Origin: an uncultured Clostridia bacterium | Lineage (GTDB): Bacteria; Bacillota; Clostridia; TANB77; CAG-508 | Direction: 5' to 3' | DNA: 58,601 bases | NCBI GenBank assembly: GCA_944391785.1 | Contig: CALXUX010000084.1 | Coordinates: 1-58,601, forward strand | Notes under the pieces: model-generated | Told to the model about the DNA's origin: nothing | The model's database searches: none | The model's input: the letters and a program-made list of their open reading frames with translations, nothing else | Made by a program: the position numbers and the translations under genes | Part shown: positions 1 to 9,375 of the stretch, piece after piece | Layout: each line of letters starts with the position of its first letter | Position numbering within the stretch: position 1 is the first letter of the stretch

Positions 1-94
1 ACGAATATTTTGTCAATATACCAAAACTATAGATTTTTAAACTAAACTATGATAAAATAGTAAAGCAAAATCTAATAAAAATGAGGTCTTAAAA

Positions 95-1949
95 ATGTTA
101 CAAGAAATAAATTCACCAGAAGATGTAAAAAAACTAACATTACAACAAAAAAAGCAATTAGCACAAGAAATAAGAGAATATATATTGCAAATAGTATCAG
201 AAAATGGAGGACACTTAGCATCAAACTTAGGAGTTGTAGAGCTTACAATAGCTTTGCACAGTGTATTTAATGTGCCAACAGATAAAATAGTGTGGGATGT
301 AGGACATCAAACATATGTGCATAAAATTATAACAGGAAGAAGAGAAGCTCTAAAAACAATAAGAAAATTAAATGGTTTAGCAGGTTTTCCAAAAACAAAT
401 GAATCAGAATCAGATTGTTTCAACACAGGGCACAGTAGTACATCTATTTCTGCAGCCTTAGGAATGGCAAGAGCAAGAGATCTAAAAAACGAAAAAAACA
501 ATGTAATTGCAGTAATAGGAGATGGAGCCCTAACAGGAGGAATGGCAATAGAAGCATTAAATGATGTAGGATATAGTAAAACTAATATGACAGTAATATT
601 AAACGATAACGAAATGAGCATATCACCTAATATTGGTGGACTAAATATGTTATTAAGCAAACTAAGAACCAAAAAACTATACACAAAATCAAATATATCA
701 GCCAAAAAAATAATTTTAAAAATACCAGGAATAGGAAAACCATTTGTAAAAGTTGTCCAAAGAATAAAAAGAAGTTTAAAACAATTAATAATACCAAAAA
801 TGTTTTTTGAAGATATAGGCTTTACATATTTAGGCCCAGTAGATGGTCATAACCTAGAAGAACTAGAAAACATTTTAAGTTTAAGTAAACAAGTACAAGG
901 ACCAATACTAATCCATGTATTAACTAAAAAAGGAAAAGGATATAAAATAGCAGAAACAAATCCAGATAAATACCATGCAACAGGACCATTTGATTTAGAA
1001 ACAGGAAAACCAAAAAAAGAAAAAGCAAAAGATTACTCAAAAGCATTTGGAGAAAAATTAGTAGAACTTGCAAGAAAAAACAAAAAAATCGTAGCAATAA
1101 CAGCATCAATGAAAGATGGAACAGGACTTACACAATTTCAAAAAGAATTTCCAGAAAGATTTTTTGATATAGGAATTGCAGAACAACATGCAATAGGAAT
1201 GGCAGCAGGAATGGCAAAAGAAGGAATGATACCAGTAGTTCCAATATACTCATCATTTTACCAAAGAGCATATGATCAAGTAATACACGATGTAGCAATT
1301 CAAAACTTACCAGTAATAATGTGTGTAGACAGAGCAGGAGTTGTCGGAGCAGATGGAGAAACACATCAAGGAACATTAGACTTGAGTTTCTTTAGGCTAG
1401 TACCAAACTTAAAAATACTAGCACCAAAAGATTTTAAAGAATTACAAGACATGCTAGAATATGCAGTAAATTTAAAAAGTCCAGTAGTAATTAGATACCC
1501 AAGAGGTCGGAGAAGAAAATTATAAACTCAAAAAGCACCAAAAAATAGAAACAGGAAAAAGCGAAATACTAAAACAAGGAAAAGATTTAACCATAATTGC
1601 AATAGGAAAAATGGTATCAAGAGCAATGCAAATTGCAGAAGAGTTAAAAGAAAAAATAGACATAGAAGTAATAAATGTAAGATTCTTAAAACCACTAGAC
1701 AAAAAACTAATTGCAAAATCAATAAACAAAACCAAAAACATAATCACAATAGAAGACGGAACAATACTAGGAGGACTTGCAACAACAATAGCAGAACTTA
1801 TAGTAGAACAAAAAATGCAAAATATAAATATAAAAAACTTTGCATATCCAGACGAATTTATAAAACATGGAACTGTTCAAGAAATAGAAAAATTATACGG
1901 TTTAGATACTCAAAATATAAAAAATGAAATAATAAAAATGGTAAAATAA
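95..1949 (+). CDS. dxs: 1-deoxy-D-xylulose-5-phosphate synthase. The reading frame is broken once and needs a +1 shift between 1507 and 1525. An in-frame CGG sits at 1508-1510.
   Basis: Track ORF 95-1525 carries Dxs/transketolase-type motifs (GHSSTSISAALGMA, IGDGALTGGMA, AEQHA) and ends ...VVIRYPRGRRRKL*. The +1 frame is open from 1488 and reads GEENYKLKKHQKIETGKSEILKQGKDLTIIAIGKMVSRA..., which is the Dxs C-terminal domain (track ORF 1611-1949). Confidence 0.85.
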
Positions 1950-1976
1950 AAAGCCTAAAAGAAAGGAAGAAAAAAC

Positions 1977-2783
1977 ATGCAAAAAGAACAAATATTATCA
2001 GACTACAAAAAACAAGAAGACAAGTTAATATTAGCACAAATACTAGACAAAATAGAACTTGCACAAAAAAGAGAAAAAATAGAAACAACAGACTTTCTTG
2101 ACATGTACAAAATATCCCTAGTAAAAAATTTCTTAAGAAAAATAGAATACACAACATATAAATTTTATGGAGGGTACCAAGAAGCAGAAAGAAATATCTT
2201 ACAAATATATACAAAACCTGAAATAACAGAAAAAAACTTGCAAGAAAACATCAAAGAAACACTAAAAATCATAAGAATAACCCTAAAACAAGAAGACAAA
2301 GGAAAATTCACCCACAGAAACTACCTAGGAGGAATAATAAAACTAGGAATAAAAAGAGAAAAAATAGGAGACATAATAGTATCAGAAGACGGAGCAGACA
2401 TAATAGTAAAAACAGAAATAGCCCAAAGCCTAAAAAATGACCTAAACTCTTTAACCAGATTTCAAAATGCACAAATAGAAATACTAGAAATAAACAAACT
2501 AAGAAAAATAGAAACAAAAGTAGAAACCATAAGCATAATAGTCCCATCACTAAGACTAGACAATATAGTCTCAGACTTAGCAAGAACCTCAAGAAGCAAA
2601 GCAAATGAAATAATATCACAAGAAAGAGTATTTATAAACGGTCAAAACGAAAAAAAACCATCAAAAAATGTAAAACTAAATGACATAATAACAATAAGAG
2701 GAAAAGGAAGATTCATAATAAAAGAATTTACTGGAACCACAAGAAGCGGAAGAACAGTAGTATTAATAGAAAAATATGTATAA
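1977..2783 (+). CDS. YlmH-like RNA-binding protein with a C-terminal S4 domain
   Basis: 268-aa ORF. The C-terminal segment LRLDNIVSDLARTSRSKANEIISQERVFINGQ...ITIRGKGRF looks like an S4 fold. An RBS-like GAAAGGAAG lies upstream. Confidence 0.6.
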   Translation: MQKEQILSDYKKQEDKLILAQILDKIELAQKREKIETTDFLDMYKISLVKNFLRKIEYTTYKFYGGYQEAERNILQIYTKPEITEKNLQENIKETLKIIRITLKQEDKGKFTHRNYLGGIIKLGIKREKIGDIIVSEDGADIIVKTEIAQSLKNDLNSLTRFQNAQIEILEINKLRKIETKVETISIIVPSLRLDNIVSDLARTSRSKANEIISQERVFINGQNEKKPSKNVKLNDIITIRGKGRFIIKEFTGTTRSGRTVVLIEKYV

Positions 2784-2785
2784 AA

Positions 2786-2840
2786 GGTCAATTTGGTCAG
2801 TTTGAAAAATGGTCAACTGTGACCTGGTCACAATTGACCA
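2786..2840. repeat. GGTCA/TGACC palindromic repeat, copy 1. Two extra direct GGTCA half-sites precede the 31-bp palindrome.
   Basis: aaaaGGTCAatttGGTCAgtttgaaaaaTGGTCAactgTGACCtGGTCAcaatTGACCA. The 31-bp core at 2810-2840 recurs at 23851, 24756 and 53773/53808. Confidence 0.85.
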
Positions 2841-2856
2841 AAGAAGGAGGATTTGT

Positions 2857-5800
2857 ATGCCAAATTGGACGGAGGAGCAGAAACAAGCAATTTATGAAAA
2901 AGGAAATAATATTTTAGTTGCAGCAGCTGCTGGGAGTGGTAAGACAGCGGTTTTAGTTGAGAGAATTATTAATAAGGTTATAAATGAGAAAGTGGATATT
3001 GATAAGTTATTGGTAGTTACTTTTACTAATGCAGCAGCAGCGGAAATGAGAGAGAGAGTTTTGAATGTGCTTTATGAAAGGCTAGAGGAAAGTCCGGATG
3101 ATGAGTGGCTTCAGAGGCAAATTACTCTTCTTAATGTTTCTAATATTTGCACAATTGATTCTTTTTGTTTGCAAATTGTAAGAAATCATTTTTATGAACT
3201 GGAAAATGTTTCTCCTAATTTCCGAATTGCAGATGTTCCGGAGATTGAGTTGTTAAAACAAGAAGTTCTAGATGAGATGTTTGAAAAGAAATATGAAGAA
3301 GAAAATGAAGATTTTTCTGATTTGATAAATACATATACAACTTATAGAGATGATACGCCATTAAAGGATTTGATTTTAAAGATATATAATTTTATAAGTT
3401 CAAATCCTTTTCCAGAAAAGTGGCTTAATGAAAAATTTGAAATGTTTAATTTAAAGGATAGTTTGGATGTTGATTTTACTAAAACTGTCTGGGGAAAGAT
3501 TATATTAGACGAGACTTTTGATGAGATAGCAGGCGATATAATTTTATTAAAAGATATAGAAAATACTCTTTCTTATGATTCGGATTTAGAAGATTATAAA
3601 ATGGCAATATCTTCTGATATAAATCAATTAGAAAATTTGAAAAAAAATTTGAATTCTTGGGATAATACATATGAAATTGTTCAAAATTTAAGCTTTATTA
3701 CTTGGCCTAGAAAAAAAATAGAAAGTGATATTAAAGAAGAAGCAAAAAAAGTTAGAGATCAAGTAAAAGAAAAGATAAAAAAACTAAAAAAATTGATAAT
3801 ATTAAATTCACATGATGCAAATGAAGAAATTTATAGTACTTATGATATATTAATAAAATTAAAAAATTTAATATTAGAATTTAATAATATTTTTACAAGT
3901 AAAAAAAGAGAAAAAAACATAGTAGATTTTTCAGATATTGAACATTTTGCATTGTCAATATTATTAAAAGAAGATGAAAATAAAAATATGCAAAAAACAG
4001 AAGTTGCAAAAAAATATTCAGAAAAATTTGAAGAAATTGCAATAGACGAATACCAAGACAGTAATTTAGTTCAAGAAAATATATTAAAAGCGGTTTCTAA
4101 AAAAAATAATATATTTATGGTAGGAGATGTTAAGCAAAGTATATACAAATTTAGACAAGCAATGCCAGATTTATTTTTAGAAAAATACGAAAATTATAAA
4201 AATATAAAAGAAAATAAGGAAGAAATAAAAAAAGGTAATAACCATAAAGAACCTAAAGAAAATACTAAAAATAGATTACCAAAAGGAACCAAAATACAAT
4301 TATTTAAAAACTTTAGAAGTAGAGAAAATGTTTTAAGTTTTACAAATTTAGTATTTCAAGACATAATGAGTAAAAAAATGGGAGAAGTTCAATATATTGA
4401 AAACGAATATTTAAACTATGGGGCAGATTACAAAGAAATAAACCAAGATTTAAAAACAGAAATAGATATAATAAATATACCAAAACGAACAGAAGAAACA
4501 GAAAACTATAATGAAATTAAGGAAGAAATAATAGAAGAGGAAAATACAGATTCAAATTCAGATACACTAGAATATGAAAACATAGAAGACATAGAGCTTG
4601 AAGCCAAATTTATAGCAACAAAAATAAAAGAATTGGTTGAAAAAAAATATAAGATTTATAATAGAAAAACTAAAGAATTTGAAAATATAAAATACAGAGA
4701 TATAGTAATTTTACTAAGGTCAACTAAAGAAAAAGCAAACATATATGAGCAAGCATTATTAAGCTTAAAAATACCAGTTTTTTCAGACAGTACAGAACAA
4801 TACTTAGACTCAATAGAAGTTCAAACAATAATAAATTTATTAAAAATAATAGACAACCCAATACAAGACATACCACTTGTTGCAGTTTTAAGATCAAATA
4901 TAGGTGGATTTACAGATGATGATTTAGTACAAATCAGATTAAGTGACAAAAATGATAGTTTTTATGAATGTTTAAAAAAAGCAAGAATTAATGTAAATAA
5001 AGATTTAAAAGAAAAAATAGATAAATTTTTTAATAATTTGCAAACCTGGCAACAAGAAAAAGAATACTTATCTTTAGCAGAATTAATATGGAAAATATAC
5101 ACAGATACAGGCTTTTATAATTTTGTAGGTCTTATGCCAAATGGAAACCTAAGGCAAGCAAACTTAAAAATGTTATTTGAAAGAGCAACAGATTATGAAG
5201 AAGCAAGTTTTAAAGGATTATATAATTTTATACAATTTATAGAAAAAATATCACTTACAAGTGGAGATATGGGGTCTGCAAAAATAATAGGTGAAAATGA
5301 TAATGTAGTGAGAATAATGAGTATCCATAAAAGTAAAGGACTAGAATTTCCTATAGTATTTCTTGCAAATTGTAATAAACAATTTAATATGCAAGAAATA
5401 AAAAAAGATTCAGTATTATTACACCAAAACTTAGGAATAGGAGCAAAATATATAGATTACAATCTACAAGTAAAATATGATACTCTAACAAGAGAAGCTG
5501 TAAAAAGACAAATTGAACTAGAAAACATAGCAGAAGAAATGAGAGTATTATATGTAGCATTAACAAGAGCAAAAGAAAAATTATTTATTACAGGAGTTGT
5601 TAAAAACTATGAAGATAAAAAAGAAAAACTCGAAAAGAAGGTATCAATATATGAAAAACAAGAAAATAAAATAAATCCTGTATTGGTAAGGGATAGTAAA
5701 TCATATTTTGAATGGTTAATGCTTGTATACTTATATGAAATGCAAAAAACAGATTTATTTACATTAAATGTAACAAATAAAGATAAATGTATAAAAATTG

Positions 5801-6636
5801 TAAAAAATGCAGAAGAAGAAAATAGTGAAGATAACAAAAATAGAATAAATCAAATAGAATTAAAAGAGCAAAAAGAAGAAACAAAAGAAATAAAAGAAAA
5901 TATAAGAAAAACTTTAGAATACAAATATCCATACTATGAGGCATCAAAAATAAAAACTAAAATGTCTGTTACAGAAATAAAAGAGCTAGAAAAAGTAGAA
6001 ATAGAAGTGCCAAAAAAAATGGAAATAAAAGAAAATGATGAGCAAGAAAATATTGAAAAACCAAAAGAAGAAAATCAAAAATTTGCAATTCCAAATTTCA
6101 TAAAAGGTAAACAAAAAATTTCAAGTGCAAGAAAAGGAACAGTAATGCATTTATGTATGCAAAAACTAGATAATAAAAAAGAATACAATATTGAAGAAAT
6201 TGAAAAATTAGTACAAAATTTAGTAAAACAAAATCTTATAACCGAAGAAGAAGGAAAAGTTGTAAACTTAAATAATATTTTAAAATTCACAAAATCAGTT
6301 ATAGGAAATGAATTAAAAAAAGCAAAAAGAATCTACAAAGAAAAACCTTTTTATATAAATATAAAATCAAAAGATATATTTAAAGAATATGAAAATATTG
6401 AAGAAGATATATTAGTACAAGGTATTATAGATTTATATTATATTACTGAAAATGATGAATTAGTACTTGTAGATTATAAAACAGATTTTGTAAAACAAGG
6501 AGAAGAAAGTTTGTTAGTTGCAAAATATTTAAAACAAATTCAAATATATAAAGAAGCATTAGAAAATGCTCTTAATAGGAAAGTAGATAGAACATATATT
6601 TATTCTGTATATTTGAATAAGGAAATTTTGGTTTGA
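2857..6636 (+). CDS. addA: ATP-dependent helicase/nuclease AddA (UvrD-like helicase plus C-terminal RecB-type nuclease)
   Basis: Begins MPNWTEEQKQAIY. Walker A is AAAGSGKTAVLVERI and the C-terminal nuclease motif is GIIDLYY...LVDYKTD. I chose the ATG at 2857 because it follows AGGAGG (2845-2850). The track start at 2809 lies inside the palindromic repeat. Confidence 0.9.
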   Translation: MPNWTEEQKQAIYEKGNNILVAAAAGSGKTAVLVERIINKVINEKVDIDKLLVVTFTNAAAAEMRERVLNVLYERLEESPDDEWLQRQITLLNVSNICTIDSFCLQIVRNHFYELENVSPNFRIADVPEIELLKQEVLDEMFEKKYEEENEDFSDLINTYTTYRDDTPLKDLILKIYNFISSNPFPEKWLNEKFEMFNLKDSLDVDFTKTVWGKIILDETFDEIAGDIILLKDIENTLSYDSDLEDYKMAISSDINQLENLKKNLNSWDNTYEIVQNLSFITWPRKKIESDIKEEAKKVRDQVKEKIKKLKKLIILNSHDANEEIYSTYDILIKLKNLILEFNNIFTSKKREKNIVDFSDIEHFALSILLKEDENKNMQKTEVAKKYSEKFEEIAIDEYQDSNLVQENILKAVSKKNNIFMVGDVKQSIYKFRQAMPDLFLEKYENYKNIKENKEEIKKGNNHKEPKENTKNRLPKGTKIQLFKNFRSRENVLSFTNLVFQDIMSKKMGEVQYIENEYLNYGADYKEINQDLKTEIDIINIPKRTEETENYNEIKEEIIEEENTDSNSDTLEYENIEDIELEAKFIATKIKELVEKKYKIYNRKTKEFENIKYRDIVILLRSTKEKANIYEQALLSLKIPVFSDSTEQYLDSIEVQTIINLLKIIDNPIQDIPLVAVLRSNIGGFTDDDLVQIRLSDKNDSFYECLKKARINVNKDLKEKIDKFFNNLQTWQQEKEYLSLAELIWKIYTDTGFYNFVGLMPNGNLRQANLKMLFERATDYEEASFKGLYNFIQFIEKISLTSGDMGSAKIIGENDNVVRIMSIHKSKGLEFPIVFLANCNKQFNMQEIKKDSVLLHQNLGIGAKYIDYNLQVKYDTLTREAVKRQIELENIAEEMRVLYVALTRAKEKLFITGVVKNYEDKKEKLEKKVSIYEKQENKINPVLVRDSKSYFEWLMLVYLYEMQKTDLFTLNVTNKDKCIKIVKNAEEENSEDNKNRINQIELKEQKEETKEIKENIRKTLEYKYPYYEASKIKTKMSVTEIKELEKVEIEVPKKMEIKENDEQENIEKPKEENQKFAIPNFIKGKQKISSARKGTVMHLCMQKLDNKKEYNIEEIEKLVQNLVKQNLITEEEGKVVNLNNILKFTKSVIGNELKKAKRIYKEKPFYINIKSKDIFKEYENIEEDILVQGIIDLYYITENDELVLVDYKTDFVKQGEESLLVAKYLKQIQIYKEALENALNRKVDRTYIYSVYLNKEILV

Positions 6637-6784
6637 AATTTAGTTTGAAATAAAAAAACTTAATTAAAACAATAAAAAATACCTGAATTTACAAAAATGT
6701 AAAGAATAATAAACTCCAAAAACAATAAAAATACTAAAAGTAGGCAAAAAAATTAATTAAAAAGTAAAAAATGGAGGTAAACAA

Positions 6785-7129
6785 ATGTTAAAACAAGAAA
6801 AACATCAAAAAACAAAAGAAACAGGAATCACACTAATGGTACTAGTTATAACAATAATAATTTTACTAATACTAGCAGGAAAAAGTGATAAAGCAATAAT
6901 AGGAACAATACCAACAAATGATAATGATACAGAAAAGATATTAAATATAAAAAATGTATATTATGATGAAACCAAATCAAATAGTATAGGAGCAACAGAA
7001 GAAGGAATAACAAAAATGCAAATACAAAACAATGAAAATTTTGTAAATGTATTAAACAATAATAGAATACAAAACGCAGAATGGTTAGAATGGAAATTAG
7101 GAGAAAAAGGATATCCAGTTTTTAAATAA
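6785..7129 (+). CDS. Small protein with a prepilin-type N-terminal hydrophobic segment (pseudopilin-like)
   Basis: MLKQEKHQKTKETGITLMVLVITIIILLILAG... The 5' region (GGAGGTAAACAAATGTTAAAA) and N-terminus are paralogous to the partial gene at 58352. Confidence 0.6.
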   Translation: MLKQEKHQKTKETGITLMVLVITIIILLILAGKSDKAIIGTIPTNDNDTEKILNIKNVYYDETKSNSIGATEEGITKMQIQNNENFVNVLNNNRIQNAEWLEWKLGEKGYPVFK

Positions 7130-7242
7130 AAATTCAAGTAAAAATAATAAAAATAGGCAATTTAATACATTCGAAAATCTTGCCATTTTTACACAAGTAT
7201 AGTAAAATAAAAAAGTAAATAAAAATAAGGAAGTGGTATAAA

Positions 7243-8919
7243 ATGAAAAAATTACCATATGGAATAAGTAATTATGAAGAGCTAGTAGAAGATGGGTACT
7301 ACTATGTTGATAAAACTCAATATATAGAAAAATTAGAAAATTTACCAGAAAAAAGAATATTATTTTTACGACCAAGAAAATTCGGAAAAACTCTATTTAC
7401 AAGCACACTAGAAAACTATTATGATATAAAAAAGGAAGATAAATTCGAAAAACTATATGGAAACACATATATAGGAAAAAATCCAACCAAACTAAAAAAC
7501 AGTTATAACATATTAAAATTTAACTTTTCAGGAATAGACACAGCAAATGAAGAAACAACAATAAAAGGATTTAAGGAAAAAGTTACAATTTCAATAGATA
7601 GCTTTGTGCAAAAATACAACCTAGATTTTTATGTAAATCCAGAACTAACAGCAGAAGGACTATTAAGCAGTTTAATAGAAGCATTTAAAATACAAAAATC
7701 AAATGAAAAAATTTATGTTATTATAGATGAATATGATCACTTTGCAAATGAATTATTAGGATTTAATACAAGTCAATTTAAAAACTTAGTATCAAAAAAT
7801 GGAAAAATAAGAAAATGGTATGAAATACTAAAAGAAGGAACAGAAAGTGTAATAGATAGAATATTCATAACAGGAGTTGCCCCAATAACACTAGATAGTT
7901 TAACATCAGGATTTAATATCAGTTCAGATAAAACACAAGACGAGAGATTTAATGAAATGATGGGATTTACAGAAGAAGAATTAAAAAAATTGATGAATAA
8001 CCAAAACATAGAAAATGAAAAACAAGAAGAACTATTACCAATAATGAAAGAAAATTATGATGGGTATAAATTTTCCTTATATGGAAAAGAAAAAATATAC
8101 AACTCAAACATGTGCTTATATTTCTTAAAAGATTATAAAAGTTTTGGAAGAATCCCAGACCAATTAATAGATGTAAACATAGCAAGTGATTATACAAAAC
8201 TTGGAAAAATGCTAAGCTTATGTAAAGGAGAAGAAAGAGAAAAAGTAATAGAAAAAACAGTATCAGGAGAAGGAATAGTAAGTGAAATAAGACAAAAATT
8301 CAACCCAGCAATGGAATTTACAGAAACAGACTTAATATCAATGTTATACTATTTAGGATATTTAACAATAGCAGGAGAAGAGGTCGGATACCCAAAGTTA
8401 GAAATACCAAATAATGTAATGAAAGAAATATACTCAGATTATTTCTTAAAAATATTAAAAGAAGAAATTAACATAGAAATAAGCGATAACTACACAGAAA
8501 TAGCAAGAGAAATAGCCCTAGAAGGAAAAATAGATAAAATAATAGAAATGCTATCAAAATACTTAAAAAATCTATCAAATAGAGACTATGTAAAATTTGA
8601 TGAAAAATATATAAAGCTAATCTTCTACTGTATAGCAATGAACCTAAAAATATTTAGATTAAAATCAGAAATGGAAATCCAAAGAAAATATCCAGATATA
8701 CTCTTAATCCCAAAAGACCAAACTAAAGGATATAAAGGAGTAATGATAGAATTCAAATACCTAAAAAAAGAAGAAGCAAAAAAATTAAAAGAAAAACAAA
8801 AAGAAGCTAAAAAACAAATAGAAGAATATGCAGAATTTGAAGAGATAAAAGAAATAAAAAATATATATAAATATACAGTAGTCGCAGTAAATGATGAGAT
8901 ATATGTAGAGAAAATATAA
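7243..8919 (+). CDS. AAA-ATPase-like protein with a C-terminal PD-(D/E)XK nuclease-like domain
   Basis: N-terminus is MKKLPYGISNYEELVEDGYYYVDKTQYIEKLE...FLRPRKFGKTLF. The C-terminus (RKYPDILLIP...GVMIEFKY) resembles the PD-(D/E)XK module usually fused to this ATPase family. Confidence 0.7.
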   Translation: MKKLPYGISNYEELVEDGYYYVDKTQYIEKLENLPEKRILFLRPRKFGKTLFTSTLENYYDIKKEDKFEKLYGNTYIGKNPTKLKNSYNILKFNFSGIDTANEETTIKGFKEKVTISIDSFVQKYNLDFYVNPELTAEGLLSSLIEAFKIQKSNEKIYVIIDEYDHFANELLGFNTSQFKNLVSKNGKIRKWYEILKEGTESVIDRIFITGVAPITLDSLTSGFNISSDKTQDERFNEMMGFTEEELKKLMNNQNIENEKQEELLPIMKENYDGYKFSLYGKEKIYNSNMCLYFLKDYKSFGRIPDQLIDVNIASDYTKLGKMLSLCKGEEREKVIEKTVSGEGIVSEIRQKFNPAMEFTETDLISMLYYLGYLTIAGEEVGYPKLEIPNNVMKEIYSDYFLKILKEEINIEISDNYTEIAREIALEGKIDKIIEMLSKYLKNLSNRDYVKFDEKYIKLIFYCIAMNLKIFRLKSEMEIQRKYPDILLIPKDQTKGYKGVMIEFKYLKKEEAKKLKEKQKEAKKQIEEYAEFEEIKEIKNIYKYTVVAVNDEIYVEKI

Positions 8920-8942
8920 TTAATAAATATATTTGATAATCA

Positions 8943-9050
8943 AGAATCACACAAATGGTACTAGTTATAACAATAATAATTTTACTAATCCAAGCAGGAA
9001 TAACAATATCAACATTAACAGGAGAAAAAGGTTATCCAGTTTTTAAATAA
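8943..9050 (+). pseudogene. Internally deleted remnant of a pseudopilin-like paralogue
   Basis: 8943-8999 nearly repeats 6825-6881, and 9021-9050 nearly repeats 7100-7129. The remaining reading frame is only MVLVITIIILLIQAGITISTLTGEKGYPVFK*, with no upstream start or RBS. Confidence 0.7.
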
Positions 9051-9060
9051 AATATTTATA

Positions 9061-9181
9061 ATAAATGAAAAATATATCAAAAATAAATGAAAAATATATC
9101 AAAAATATATCAAAAATATATCAAAAATATATCAAAAATATATCAAAAATATATCAAAAATATATCAAAAATATATCAAAA
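9061..9181. repeat. Tandem repeat: 2 x 22 bp followed by 7 x 11 bp (ATATATCAAAA)
   Basis: Read directly: ATAAATGAAAAATATATCAAAA twice, then ATATATCAAAA seven times without interruption. Lies upstream of pth. Confidence 0.95.
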
Positions 9182-9375
9182 AGCAATCTACCAAGTATAA
9201 CTATACTTTAAAATAGTAATGTATATACTTGGTATTTTGCTTTTTATATAAAATTTCTACATATAAATTTTAACATACACACAAAATAAACCTTTCCAAA
9301 ATGAAACTTTCCAAAACTCCTTGAAAAAACTTCAAAAACATTGTAAAATATATATGTTAAAGGAGAAGAAAGCAA

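Noticed and set aside
307-705. Numerous antisense or overlapping track ORFs (for example 307-705, 13792-14214, 16211-16756, 27491-27997, 30318-30728, 30788-31294, 52611-53081, 54113-54601 and 56991-57473 on the minus strand, and 25737-25964 and 26224-26508 on the plus strand)
   Set aside because: They lie opposite or out of frame within genes with clear conserved products. They are dominated by L/F/I/S low-complexity strings, as expected when purine-rich, AT-rich coding sequence is read in another frame. They also lack RBSs.
1511-1525. dxs frameshift caused by slippage in the AGAAGAAAA purine run rather than at CGG
   Set aside because: This is not fully excluded, because homology does not pin the dxs junction. 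It is disfavoured because the obg and mtaB junctions are pinned to the C of an identical N-CGG-N context, and this run contains no long homopolymer.
2786-2804. Direct GGTCAATTTGGTCAG as a CtsR operator
   Set aside because: The half-sites resemble the CtsR heptad (RGTCAAA), but the period is 9 bp rather than 10. The second heptad is GGTCAGT. The downstream gene is addA, not a clp or heat-shock gene.
2809-2856. N-terminal extension MVNCDLVTIDQRRRIC of the addA track ORF
   Set aside because: It is encoded by the palindromic GGTCA repeat. The same pseudo-peptide (MVN(C/Y)DLV(T/I)I(D/N)...) appears wherever the repeat occurs (the 23834-24787 ORF and the 53570-53839 minus-strand ORF). The conserved AddA N-terminus starts at ATG 2857, right after AGGAGG.
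9061-9181. CRISPR-like interpretation of the tandem arrays (also 13608-13755, 52477-52548 and 53764-53867)
   Set aside because: The units are contiguous or nearly so, with no unique spacers. Unit lengths (11, about 25, 24 and 35 bp with shared inter-unit sequence) and the absence of cas genes do not fit a CRISPR array.
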